Source: Amoebidium appalachense (taxonomy: Eukaryota > Protista > Ichthyosporea). Taken from it: a DNA stretch of 64,000 nt. Below the pieces are notes generated by a model. It searched no databases, was not told where the DNA came from, and saw only the letters and a list, made by a program, of their open reading frames with translations. Shown piece by piece: positions 1 through 28,662 of the stretch (position 1 is its first letter; each line of letters opens with the position of its first letter). The stretch is taken from NCBI GenBank assembly GCA_963693365.1, contig CAVNZM010000005.1, forward strand, positions 3,657,716 to 3,721,715. Reading direction: 5' to 3'. The position numbers and the translations under genes were made by a program.

Positions 1-527
1 TGTGTGTGTGTATTGGTTGTGGTGTGTGTGTGTACCTACATCCTTAATTGTGTGTTTGTGTCTGAGCCTGAGCATGGGTGTGTTTGGGAAGCGCCGCGGG
101 GGGGGGGGGGGGGGGGGGGGGATAGGGGGAGGAGGGGGGGAGGAGGAGGATAGCGGGGAGAGGGGGTCAGCTCAGGTCATGCTGGCACATATCAGCAGTA
201 AGGTTTTTCGACAAAAGACTCTGTATTCGCCTTGCACCGCCCCTATCTCCTACAATCTCATGGTGCACCCACACACATCCCACCTCCATTACAAGGTCTG
301 TCACCCACAGGTACACACATACACAATCAATTATGCACTCATATCATACAACCACACCCGTAGCCTCTCCTTTACCTGTTCAATCTTACACCCATCTCCC
401 ATTCTAGCCCCCGTTACCTCCTTCTCCAAAACCTTTGCCCATTATTGGACACCTGCCGTCATATCTCGACCTCCAATAAAACCAACTGCACAGCCGTAGT
501 GACGCCACAAATTGAAATCAATGGCAC

Positions 528-600
528 GGACAACACAATGCAGCTTCTGCTACACGCACACAGAGGAGATGCATCAAAAAATAAAGTCCATCCCACAGGG
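528..600 (-). other. Repeated intronic RNA hairpin, copy A
   Basis: Minus-strand RNA: AUGGAC pairs with GUCCGU and UGAUGCA with UGCAUUG. Sequence is related to copies at 903-1003, 1117-1196 and 2634-2706. Confidence 0.55.
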
Positions 601-803
601 TGACAAAAAACCTGACCTCAGTCAAGCAACCAACAAAACGGGCGGAAACGCCCCTTGCATGAAACAACCACCCAGGGAGGCAAATGGGATATATACAGTG
701 GCCCCGTGAGTAAGCAAGCACAAAGACGACAGTGACGGCACGAGCAGAGCAGTCAAGGAAAACAGAAAGAAGGAGAGGAAAGCATGCTTGGAAGGGATAA
801 GAG

Positions 804-836
<33 letters not shown>

Positions 837-902
837 TGGTTAAAGAGGGGGGGGGGGGGGGGGGGGGTTGAATGCGGAACACGGTACGAAGTACGCATAC
901 AC

Positions 903-1003
903 GACGAGAAGCATGGTGCAGGACACATGCAAAGGCAAACATTCAAGTATGCAACATCAGCCATGTGCACAGTATGCGTCATAAGCAGAGCCCATCCTCA
1001 GGG
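903..1003 (-). other. Repeated intronic RNA hairpin, copy B
   Basis: GAUGGG pairs with CUCGUC and GCACAUG with CAUGUGU. The 5' arm CCCUGAGGAUGGGCUCUGCUUAU is identical to copy D. Confidence 0.55.
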
Positions 1004-1116
1004 AGGACTCAAGTCATCAATTGCGTCTGAGTTTCGACCCCTTAGCCCGCGTATATACGACGCTCCAACGGGGGGGGGGGGGGGATGGAATTTGTTACAG
1101 TGCAAGTACACACACA

Positions 1117-1196
1117 CACTCACGGCCGACAACACAATGCAGAAGTTGCAGAGCAGACAAACACAGTATGCATCACAAGTAGAGGCCATCGGAGTG
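1117..1196 (-). other. Repeated intronic RNA hairpin, copy C
   Basis: CACUC/GAGUG, AUGGCC/GGCCGU (compensatory relative to copy A) and UGAUGCA/UGCAUUG. Confidence 0.55.
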
Positions 1197-1309
1197 GAAC
1201 GCATTGGGTTGAGGTGGGGTGGGGGTGGGGTGGGTGGAGAGGGGGGGGGGGGGGGGGAGGAGGGGACACAAAGCTCATCAGAGTAGGGTGTGTGTATGTG
1301 TGTGTGTGT

Positions 1310-1341
<32 letters not shown>

Positions 1342-1371
1342 ACAAAGCTCATCAGAGTAGGGTGTGTGTAT

Positions 1372-1402
<31 letters not shown>

Positions 1403-1423
1403 GGGGGGGGGGGGTGTAGGCAC

Positions 1424-4481
<3,058 letters not shown>

Positions 4482-5129
4482 TCCCACAGTGGTGGTGGCA
4501 CGGAGTGCTTCTACCGTTTCTTAACATTGGAGAGACGGACAGAGCATCAACGAAGAAGTTTTGGCAAAACTCTGGACAGCACCAAGCTGCAAGGTCTGTG
4601 CTGGATGGGCGCCACACACCAGCACAATGCCCTACAGGTGGAAGATTGTCATGAACAAGCTCGGTATTCGTTTGCACAAAACTGCGAACTTCTGGCCTAA
4701 ACCAAATGTCGAACCCTTTGCTGCCGGATGGTGGTCAGCAACCACCCCAGCTGCTAGATCTCTGCTGGATGCAAGCCGGACACCCGCCCTACGTGTAGAT
4801 GGTCTCCGTGGACCAAACAAAAGTTCATGGGAAACAAATTATGGTGTATGATTCCGTAAGAATAATGAATCCCAAGACGCCCCTCTCGTTCGGGTGCTGG
4901 CAATCAAGCCCCAACCCAAGGATCCATGTCCATCAGCGCTGAACCATCAAACCCTCATTCTCGACCAAAGCCTAGTTTTTTCTTTAAAAAAAAAAAAAAA
5001 ATCCTATGTACTACGGCATCTGGGCCAGTTTCTATATTAAGCCCTTTTCCTTCTTTCTTCAATTTCTCTCTTTCCTTTTTTTTTTCCTTTTTTTTTTTCC
5101 CTTTCTTAGTCCACTCTCACTTTCAATAA

Positions 5130-5743
5130 ACTACTCTTCGGCATAACGACGAAAGTGGCGCCAAAAACGGCCCCACATGCAGACTGAGCCACCTCCCGCG
5201 GCCCTGGACACCCATGGTTCCTCTGACGTCATTGCTGCGTCATTATATGTCGAACCGAAATCCGGTTCGGTTTGGATAGGAAACCCGGTTTTATGGCTCG
5301 AACCGGCTCAATCAAAAAGGCGGGCTGTTCCGGAAGTCTACACTACACTGGAGCACAGCCAGTCAGCCAGACAGAACTTGGGCAAGAGTCACTTTTTTGT
5401 AGTGCAGGCTTTGTGTGTATGGTTATGGTTATCACGTTTCTCTATAGAGCTACCGTTAAAGCATAGCTGTTTTTGCTGCCGCATATATGGTTCTGTTCTC
5501 TGTGGCAGGTTAAGTTGTCATGAGCCTCGCTGGATCCAACGCGTTTACTAAATAATCTCATGGGGGCTGCAAAATACTTGGCCATCTGGTTTTCGGGTCC
5601 CACTTGCGCTGTACGCTTTTATCTATGAAAGAGGCTCTCGTCCTATTGTCCTCGCTATCACCGGAAATAGTGTTAAGGTTTCCTCAGCTTAACATTACTT
5701 TTGAACGAATCGGAAGTACAGGGCTCCGTCCTTTTCTGGAAAG
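5130..5743. promoter_or_regulatory. Probable bidirectional promoter region
   Basis: Microsatellite-free, CpG-containing stretch between divergent start codons at 4481 (-) and 5744 (+). Contains TGACGTCA (CRE-like, ~5224) and several CCGGAA/CGGAAG motifs. Inferred from position. Confidence 0.45.
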
Positions 5744-7580
5744 ATGAGTGTCAAGAAAGGACCACACTTGCCACCCGATGTGGCCAAGTATATGAACCCC
5801 AAACGTGCACAATCAATTAAGGAGAGAATTCAGGATCCAGATAGACCGACGTTGGAGGAATTTATGAACAAAGTGAAAGGATTAGACGAGGCATCGACTT
5901 TGGATGTCGATGAGCAAGAGCAAAAGAAGTTCAAGAAGGAACTGAAGAGAGCGAGAAAGAGACAGGAACGGAAGGCAAGGAAGTTGAGGGAAAAGGAGAA
6001 AAAGAAGAAGGAGCGTAAGGAAAAAGAAAAGAAAGAGCGGGAGAAGGAGAAAGAGAGCAAGAAAAAGAAGAAGAAGAAGAAGAAGTCCGACACGGAGAGT
6101 TCCGAGTCGTCTGACAGCGAAGATTCGGATGATCAGGGGTTTAAGCTATCGAAACTTTTGGGGCGGGAGGGTAGAACCAGTGATGCTTCAGAGCCCCCAT
6201 CAGACTTGAGTGATTCAGATTTTCAAAATGCTATGCCAGAGGGCTTTGTGCCTATGCCAAAGCAGCCTGACGACGAGTCTCTCCCGTTGCCTCCTGTTGG
6301 TTCCGGGGCAGCGGCAGCAGCTAATTTGGGTGCTGGTGCGGCAATGGTTGCTGGGATGGTTCCTGGGATGGTTGGCATGGGGAATTATGGGCATGTCGCC
6401 AGCCCCGTCGCTTGCTGTACCACCCATCAACCCAGCGCTTATACGACCAATGGTTCCCCAGGTGGGTGCAATACTGTCACGGTTTGTGGTGTGTTTCTTG
6501 GTCGCGGAGGCGTGTAGTCCTCCAGTGCATGTGAGTTTATATAAAGGGTACAATTCTTTTGCCTTTTCTGCAACAGGCTATTCGTTGTTGTCATTACTCG
6601 GTACTGGTGCTCTACTCTACCTGCCCGTTACTCGATCCTTGGTGCTTTTCTTTGCACCCACGTCATCCCCCCTTTGATATTATCTTGTGTTCCCCCCCCC
6701 CCCACACACACACACACCACCACCCCAATCCCAACCCCACCGCTAGCCACCCCCACCTCAATCCCTTCTCATGTTCTCTTGTTTCCATCCCCCTGCACCG
6801 TTGTATTGTGTACTGTGTTCAAACCTCACCCCCTCCCCTCCCTCGCCGCCCCTCCCCCCCCCCCCCCTCGCTTCATTCTTTGCGATGTGGTATTCGCTCA
6901 CTACCGCCTCCCCCCCCCCCCCCGGGGGGCCACCACTACACACACACAAACGGGCGTCTTCTCTTCCATTTCCTCCCCCCCCCCCTTTTTGGTCTTTTTA
7001 CCATGGAACAGCTCCCCCCCCCCCCCCCCCCGGTCCACCTATCAGCCCCTTCTTTGACCGTTGTAAGACTTTTTTGCTTGTATATCCGATACCATCCATT
7101 CAATGTTGCCCTCGTTGCAGGGTGTCTTTCTGTGCCTGTATTCTCTATGCTTGTGTACATGACGGTGTCCATATGAGCCTAAGTTGTGTTTTTGGTTGCG
7201 TAGCTCTGTGTCCACTAAGGGCATAATGAAGATGGCCATGTGTTATGGAAGGGATGCAGTGAGAGGCGGGGTGCTGGAAACGGGAGCCCTCTTTCTTTTT
7301 CGGAGGGGAGGAGGGGGTCCCCGGGTGGAAGGGGGAGTATGTTTGTTTGTGTGTGTGTACGCGCGCACGTATGCACGCGCGTGTGTGTGTATGTATGCAA
7401 GTGTGGGTGCATGCTTGTTTGTTTTGGAAAGGAGGGAAGCGGAAGGGGGGTATGTTGGCTATTGGTTGGTTTGGGGGATGGTAGTGGTGGTTTGTGTATG
7501 CTTTTGTGAAATATATATATATATATACTTTTTTTTTTTGTCTGTGTGTGTGGTGGTGGTGGTGGTGTGTATGTGTGTGT

Positions 7581-7627
<47 letters not shown>

Positions 7628-7739
7628 TGGGGGCTGTTAGAAGGCTAAGGTAGTTTCTTGCTTCTCTGCTTGTTTCTTTTTTCCGGGTGCATGTTATCTG
7701 TGTGCCCTGGTGGTGGTGGTGGGGGGGGGGTCGTTTTTT

Positions 7740-7770
<31 letters not shown>

Positions 7771-8985
7771 CTTCCTTCAGTTTTGGGGCAAAGACTGACA
7801 CAAGTGTAACAACAAGCCTGCCCCATCTTCGCCCCCCGTCTGCCCCCTCCCCCCCCCCCCCCCCCCCCCTCCCTCCCCCACCCACCCACTCACCCACCAA
7901 CCCGCTTCCCCCCCCCCCCCCCCCCCCCCCCCCCACCCCCCACCCCTTCCCAGCACACTCATGCATACGTGTGGACACCTACCCTCCTCACCTCCCCACC
8001 CATGCATCCTGTCTTTTCCCAATACACGCACACACCCTGCACCCGGCAGATGCCTACCGTGACCATGGGGATGATGGGTATGGGCATGGGCATGGCCACA
8101 CAGCCCATGGCCTATCCTCTCCAACCCACCTACCCAACAGGCTCGCAAGTGGGCATGGCCGTGCAGACCACCCTAGCACGCCAACCGCTCCTGTCTACAC
8201 CGGCTGTCGTCACGGGGATATCTTCAACGGTTACCCCGGCAGCAACAGCTACACCCCTATCCCTACCCACCACGCTAGCACTACCATCAGCAATGGCCCT
8301 TCCGACAGCCTCTATTATCAGCACACCTGTTACCTCGGTACCTGATCCCGCAACGACCATTTCGGCTTTCCAGAAAGGTTTGGAAGAGGGTAAGCGGCTC
8401 GCACAACTCGAACTTGAAATACAATCGCAAGCGAACCAAGCGAAAGAGTTGGATGATTTACAAGCGGCGATCAAGCGAATCAAGGAGGAATCGGAACGGA
8501 AGGCCAGAGTCCAAGCGGCAGTTGCGAAAATCGAAAGCAAGCGGCTATCGAAATCGGAGGCGGGCGACGGAGGGGTTAAGAGAGAGGCAGAGGGAGAGGT
8601 GAAGGTGGAAGGGGATGGACATGGAACCGGGTCGGAGACGGAAAGGAGAGAGGGTAGACGAGCAGATAGGCCGAAAAAACGGTCGAGATGGGATAAGACA
8701 GCACAAGATGTGGGTAAGAACGAGGTCAGTACAACGGAAACGGCAACAAATGAAGTGGAGAAGAAGGAAAACGTACCGATGGTTCTGGAGGGAAGTGGTG
8801 TGGTGAAGAGTGAAGTGGGTGCACCGGAAGCGGTAACTAGTGAATCGGAGAGGAAAGAGGACGTTTCGATGGATGTGGGAGGTGGTGATGTGAAGAGTGA
8901 GGTTATAGTAGCGGAAGCATCTAGCAATGTGGAGGAAAAGAAGGTCAAAGCGCCAGATGTTACGACTACTGAAACAGCAGAATGA
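5744..8985 (+). CDS. FAM133-like lysine-rich nuclear protein with a C-terminal ULM-like motif
   Basis: Exon 5744-6461: KYMNP...IQDPDRPTLEEF...KKFKKEL followed by a K/E-rich then S/D-rich tract, resembling the FAM133 N-terminus (AYMNP...RPRPTWEE...WKKEL). One extra G in the run near 6378-6382 shifts the frame; the corrected frame reads GMGIMGMSPAPS...PMVPQ into donor GTGGGT. Exon 8050-8985 (phase 0) encodes MPTVTMG...coiled coil...KKRSRWD...stop. Confidence 0.7.
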
Positions 8986-9278
8986 ACGGTGTGTACATGT
9001 GTTAGGGTGTTGTAATGTGTGGCTTATGAGTGTGATGATGTTAGCATAACGTTCCGAAGCATGCAACCTGTTCTATCAAAGTATTTCTCAGATTTTGGTG
9101 GGCGGGGTTTTGCACACTGCATGGGTATATGTGGTTGTGTGAGTATGTGTTTGGGAGTGGACCGGTGTGTATGGGTGAGCGGGTGGGTGGGTGTAAACTT
9201 TGATGATTAATTTTGCTGTTTTATTTTGTGTGTATGTGCTAACTTGCCAGGAATCAGTGGGTATCGGATAGGTGCGGT

Positions 9279-9342
<64 letters not shown>

Positions 9343-10564
9343 CTGTGGGTGGATGGTGTGTGTGTTTGTGTTGTGGGCGGGGGGGGTTTGGGGGGGGGGG
9401 GGGGGGGGGGGACTGGCACTTTATTTTGTGCGCAACAAAGGATGTAAATAGACGTAACTGTTTGCAGACCCATTTCTTGTTTAGAAGCGACTTCCAGATT
9501 TCGCCCTCGAGCTTATATAATTGTTTGTGAGCAAACGTGGCTTTCACTCGTTATCAAGTCCGATCGACATCGCCGTTGTGGATTACATGTGTATGATGTG
9601 TACGAGTAATAGATTTGGGTTTATAATCACGAATCCTATTTTGTATTCACCAACTTGATTCTAGTCCGTTGAACTCCTGTACTATTACACAAGACTTTCT
9701 ATGGAATTGGTCACGGTCGACTTGCGAAACGGATGAAAATTGTCAAGTGTACTGGTTACACGTGCATTTACATCGATCTGATTTGCCTATTTGATGAGAG
9801 TCAGATTTGTCGAGCATCCCCCCCCTCCCCCCCCCCCCCCCCCTCCACACACACACACACACACACACCACCACCTCCTCCTCCTCCTCCACCTCCTCCC
9901 CTCCCCCCTTCCCCGACAACCCAACCCAACCCACACCCGCACACCGGCACACACACACACACACACCCACACAACTGCCCAGAGGTCCAAGTTGGTAACC
10001 TCGTCACTGTATAACTACTCAAATACTGTGATAATGAATGCACATGCACAAGAACCAAGGCCTCCTAATGGCACTCCATATACAAAGAATATCACTTACA
10101 TGTACACCGTGCCTCCGTGCCGCTAGCTGCAGCTGATTACCCAACCAGGCAGACGGTAAACAGCTGAGCACTGGCTTCTAGAACGCAGCTCGCGGCGAGT
10201 GATGTCTGCGACGGCCGCCGTTTGCAAAGTCTATATGCAGTACCTCTGAGAAGGCTTTTCATGCTTTTTTTCGTAGAAGGCCTCTCTACCCCCACAACCT
10301 ACTAGGGCCTGCAAAACAGCTCTTGTGGTTGGAGCTGAATAGCGGTTGGCCTCGGTTGTCGCCAGTGGAACACTACACTCCCAAGTACACTTGCTTCTGC
10401 ATGCATAGAACAAGTCTTTGGAGGTCATCCTGGGCATCATATTATCCACACAGACAATTGCAAAGTTTATTCGCTAGACAGAACCATAGTTATATCGGCT
10501 CTAAGTTGCGACTTTCAACTTCTTGCACGGTGACCGTACGGCTCTGTGGTCTACTATGGGCACT

Positions 10565-23114
<12,550 letters not shown>

Positions 23115-23712
23115 CGTGTGGGTCAAACGAAATGGTGATTGGCTATTTCAGTGATCTTGTTTCCGGTCTGACAGATAGAGTGCTGGTTAGCACTCAATGT
23201 GTGTGAGCAATCATACAGCCGTTTTTTTTTTTTTTTTTTTTTTTTTTTGTTTGTTTGTTTTTTTGTTTTTTGTTTTTTTAGATCTTTAGATGCATTTCTG
23301 TAGATGACGCGGGACCCCCCCGGGTCTTTCTATTGGAACGCTATGTCAGTACACAGACAAGCAATCAAGTATCATAGTATGAGTAATGCGTTTTGCACGG
23401 TCTTTATATCTTTTTTTTTTTTTTTTCTTTTTTTTTTCATATATAAATGGTGTGTTACAGGTTATTTGTGGCTATGAGTGTAGGTTTCACAGTGACAGAA
23501 GCAGATTTGCGATGCTCTGAGTGGCCATGTTATGTTGCAGTGAGATAACAGAGAAGTTATAAGCCGCCCCATGCAGTACCAACCGATTTTTTTTGTTTGT
23601 TTGTTTTTGCTTTTGCTTTTGTTTATGTGGGTCTGGGTCTGGGTGTGGGTGTGTTTGACGTGTGTCGGGCGAGAGGGGGAGGAAGAGGAGGGAGGAGGGA
23701 GGGAGGGAGGGG

Positions 23713-23768
<56 letters not shown>

Positions 23769-23968
23769 CTGCACAATTGCCAAGTGTAGAGAACTTCGTT
23801 AGATTCATCAATGAATGCAATCATTACTCTCGGTATCATGACCTAAATAAATTCAACATTGCAATGCCACCGGCGGCCATACCCCCCCCCCCCCCTCCCC
23901 CCCCCTCCCCCCCCCCCCCCCGGGGCCCAACACACACACACCACCACCACCACCTTGCCCGCTTTATT

Positions 23969-24494
23969 TTAATTGGGTTTATCGTTCACGTCGTTGGCAC
24001 AGCACCCACGGGCCCACCCCTTCCACACCTGACCCTGAACACATGCGGGCTTGTTGCCGCAGCCACCAATGCGGTAGTCATACACAAGGCCACGCGGGCA
24101 TGTCTCGTCGCAACAGCCCTGGTTCCAACCCTTCCACACACACCCAGTGGTGCACACGGTGATCTCCCTGCATCCAACCCTCCATGCGGCTTGGCCCTGG
24201 GGGCAATCCTTCTGACCAACAGCACGGCCATTGTTGACCGATGAAGTCGCCGCCGGCCAACCCCAGCCCCATCCCCAGCCGTTGGCGTTTGTGTTTGTGA
24301 AAGCTTTGCCGGCCACCAGCTGCTTGGGGCTGACCACGTGCAATATGACACACCGTTTTGGCCCGTCACGACCTGGGGCGCGGCGCGGCGGCAGCTGGCT
24401 TGGTGGCGTCCCACCCAGCCCACTCAAAGTCGGCATTGGCTGAACCTGCGGCAAACAGGACGGCACCGAGCGTGCTTGTGCTGAGAAGATGCAT
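23969..24494 (-). pseudogene. Small secreted Trp/Cys-rich protein gene, frameshifted (pseudogene or assembly indel)
   Basis: ATG at 24494 starts a signal-peptide-like MHLLSTSTLGAVLFAAGSANA. The frame breaks at GCCGC-GCCGC near 24380. A downstream frame encodes GWGWGWGWP and two WKGWxxGCC repeats with about 10 Cys, ending at 23969. Intronless, with TATATAAA upstream. Confidence 0.6.
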
Positions 24495-24635
24495 TGTGGC
24501 GGAAGGGAAAAATAACGTTGAAGCAGTAGTAGTTGGATTTATGCGTTGGCGGCAGCGAGATGAAAGCGGGTTGCTGTTGTCGCCTAACGGGAAGGCAGGC
24601 TTTTGGAATGATTTGACTGCGGAAAAGGCAGCGCA

Positions 24636-24643
24636 TTTATATA
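24636..24643 (-). promoter_or_regulatory. TATA box of the secreted-protein gene
   Basis: TATATAAA on the minus strand about 140 bp upstream of the ATG at 24494. Confidence 0.45.
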
Positions 24644-24767
24644 CCTGCTCTGTGGGCTTTGAAATGTAAACATTCAGATCCACTGTTTTGATTGGCTTCA
24701 AAAATATTTCATGCCGGGTAGAGATTGGATCAGCTGCTGTCCTCCACCACCACCACCACCGCACACA

Positions 24768-24824
<57 letters not shown>

Positions 24825-25681
24825 CGCGCGCGCGCGCGCATACGCACACACACACCTACGGCACACTCAGCCCTTTTGCTCAGCATTTTTTCGTTTGGAG
24901 GTACCCGTTAGGATAACGGAGAGAAAGTTGACCGATTTAGGATCAATATTAAAAGCGCCTGTGGTGCCGTGGGTGTAATCTCTAATCACCAGACTCCTGT
25001 AAATGTTGATGTGAACACGAGGAGATCACCGTGTTACACGTATTGAAGGGTCTGGTGGTTGTGGTGGTGGTGGTGGTTGGGGAGGGGGTGGGGTAGGGTG
25101 GGGGTGGGGTGGGGGGGGTGGGGGGGGATATACGAAAGGTTAACCTTCAAAAATCTGATCCGGAAGACTTTTGACAACAACAACCCCCCTTCCCCCCCCA
25201 TACACACACACAACTCACACACACACACACACTCAATCCCATCACACCCCCCTGCCCTCCAAAAGGGAAGGGCCCCAGTTGGAAGGAAGGTTTGAGGGTA
25301 ACGAGAATCCAGGGATTGAATGAATCGAGACATTTTCAGGATGACGGGAGATGAGATGCATTTTTCAGCCCTGTGTTAGAAGGTAGAAGGCAGAAGGGAG
25401 AAGGCCTCCCCCGGAGGAGGGGATGGGTGGTGGTGGCGGTTGGTGAGGGGGTTGGGGAAGGAGGGGGGAAGAGGGGTGGGGATAGCAGGAAATTTCGTTC
25501 CAGGAATTTTCTGCTGTCTCCCTAGACTCTCAAGACAAATCCACATAGTGTAGCAACTGATGAAGTTCTGGTTTCTAGCAAGCGTTTGAGCCTAATCCAT
25601 AACAGTTCTATTTAAAAATTCTTCTCTGGGCCAATCAACCCTCTCCCTCCCCCCCCCCCCCCCCCCCCCCTTCTCCCCCCC

Positions 25682-25712
<31 letters not shown>

Positions 25713-26148
25713 CACCACCACCACCACCACCAACCGAGGCCTCCCCCTTGAGTCGGCTTTCGTTAGCTGCCACACTGGACAAGAACAAAATATATATAAT
25801 ATCAGATTATTCCCCAGCATAAAAAACAACATCCACACTTTAGAAAACATGTAGCGCGAAAGCCAAGCAAAGTTTGGAACTGCCCGATTCACGAAAACCA
25901 TGCGAGGCTCAGCACCCAATATATTACACTATTATCGGATTATATTGAAGTCTTCAAGTGAAACATTTCACGATCACAAAAACCCTATGACGGGGTGGGG
26001 GATGGGGTGGGCTGGGTGGGCGCGTGGGTGGGTAGGTTGGGGTGGGTGGATAGGGATTTCTTTTCTTCACCTTTCTTTCTTTCTTTTTCTTTTTTCTTTT
26101 TTTTCCCCTTTCTTTCTTTCTTTTCTTTTTCTTTTTCTTTTTTTTTTT

Positions 26149-26204
<56 letters not shown>

Positions 26205-26629
26205 ATTGAAGCTGCGGTACTGATGACATTTTGGTTATTGATAATAATAAGATACACATTACTGTAGATAACTTATAAAGTTTGTCATAGATTGTGAAAT
26301 AACCGTTATAATATCGAACTGGCCACCGGGACATCGCATGAAATCTTAGCATTGCCGCAGTGGCATTGATCATTCGTTGATATATCCCTTTGATGGATTA
26401 TTTGATTCGGAATGGAAGGTGGAGAGGAGAGGGAAGGGGGCGGGTGGGGGAGATGGGGGCGGGGGGAAGGGGAGGGGGGGGGGGGGGGGGGGGGATATAT
26501 TGTGGGTTAGGATTTCTTGTTATTTGTGTAGTTGTATCAGCACGGTGTTTTTTTATGCAGGGACCAAAAAGGAAAGCAAATGAAAGTAGTAAGAAATTGA
26601 AAGAGAGGGTGCGGGATGGGTGGTTGGGT

Positions 26630-27090
<461 letters not shown>

Positions 27091-28662
27091 CCGCCTGCCC
27101 ATAGTAGATGGTGCACACCACCGGTACCATCGGTGCGCACCCACCGCCTCCCACCGCCACCTCTACTACCCCCTTGACCCGCCCCTCCCCTTCCCCTCCC
27201 CTTGGCCCTCCGCACCCTCTCTGTCCACTCCCATGCGAAGTTTTATTTAGAGGCCACGTGACATTTTAGTTGATTTCAGGGCGAGATCCCGCGCCATGGG
27301 CTGCAGCGCTGCTGGCGCAGGTTCATTTGCATATACCATGATGCACGCCCTGTGTGCCTTCAAGTAAATATCAGTGATTCGGGCACATGTGGTTTCTTTG
27401 TGCCTAAGCATGATGCTGTAAGCCATCGGCTGCGCAAAAGCTCAAGCAAAAAGTTGAAGAGAGAAAACGAATAGAATTCAAGTAATTACTGTTCTAGTTG
27501 CCTTTGCCATCTGGATCCTCTCAGAGAAGAAGTGGATCTCAGATCGGTGCTAAAAGTATGTGGGCCAGGATTGGGGAATCTACAGATTCTGAATGGAGGA
27601 AGCAGCCAATCATAACGTGCAAAAGTTATCATTGGCTCCCAGGAGATTTGGCCTGGACTGGCTGGGACTGGCCCGGATCTGCTGATTCGGTGCTGATTCC
27701 TCCTGATGAGTAGGGATTCTTGACAGATGCGCTCGAAGGTGCAGTATCAGTGCTAATTACCCCTTCTTGCACAAGTCACCCTGCAGCTGATAACCAGAAA
27801 AAACTTAGGGGGCACAATATACGTGTGCATAGTACGGGTAGATATCCTGCTCTGGAAAGACTCCACAACAGATCAAGAGAAATGGAGTAGGCAACTTGGC
27901 ATTTAGTATGGGCGAATTGGATTGGTAAAGCACGGCTGCAAGGTGGGCCTTACCGATGACCAGAGAGGTGATACGCGAACCGCAAAGGCCTGCAGCCATC
28001 TCTGTTCTCTTGTAGCTGCATGTCAGTTTTCTGGGTTGTGCCAAACTGCTGTCGCTACGCCTTATGCATGCATGCTAATTTAATACCCATATGCATGTCC
28101 TTGCGTACGTACATATAAAAACTCATTTGTCCCCTGCGCAGGCACAGTTTTTACGTGCTCTAGGCATGCTGGGTATAAGACTTTGGCGCTGTATTTACAC
28201 CCATATATTATGCCCGTACGTTCATGCAGTACTTTACTTCAAAAGAAAGCCTTGAGAAATCATTTCAACTGAAAAAGAAGAACAAAGGGACTGGGGAGGA
28301 GGGGAGGGGGAGGGCTTAAGGGCGGACCCATGGTGCCGTATGTTAATAGATGCAGTGTCGAAGAGTGCATGGTCAATTGCAATAGAGGACTCTAGTGTTC
28401 AAATGTCGACCTCTCTCTCTCTCTCGCTTTCTCTCTCTCTATCTGTCTGTCTATCCCCCCCCCCCCCCCCCTCTGAATGTGAACGTGTCCGTCATGTGCC
28501 AACAGGTGCATGTTTATACTTATGCATGAGGTGGTTGTGCCTTACCTACCTTTCAATACACTACATGATATAGCCAACTACTGTACAAGTATTAAACGTA
28601 CCGTGAGGACATAACACTCATTTTTATTGAACCGTTAAAACATAAACCTCCCATCTGATCGT

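Noticed and set aside
170-490. Candidate downstream exons of the minus-strand RD/RE gene (acceptors near 487 and 250)
   Set aside because: Both reach stops quickly in phase 0 and show no recognisable homology. They cannot be told apart from intron or UTR without transcripts.
948-1025. Possible C/D box snoRNA (UUGAUGA...CUGA...CUGA with GCAA/UUGC ends) overlapping hairpin copy B
   Set aside because: The boxes are not conserved in the other three copies and I could not match the guides to rRNA from memory. Not excluded without snoscan.
990-1045. Possible hammerhead ribozyme on the minus strand (CGAAACUCAG...UUGAGUC followed by CUGAGGA; CUGAUGA near 1280 and 1352)
   Set aside because: A stem III-like helix forms, but only 4 nt separate the putative cleavage site from CUGAGGA and no stem I or stem II can be built.
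27250-28660. Separate signal-peptide exon or gene upstream of the mucin-like ORF
   Set aside because: No ATG-donor combination gives a convincing hydrophobic leader in the correct phase.
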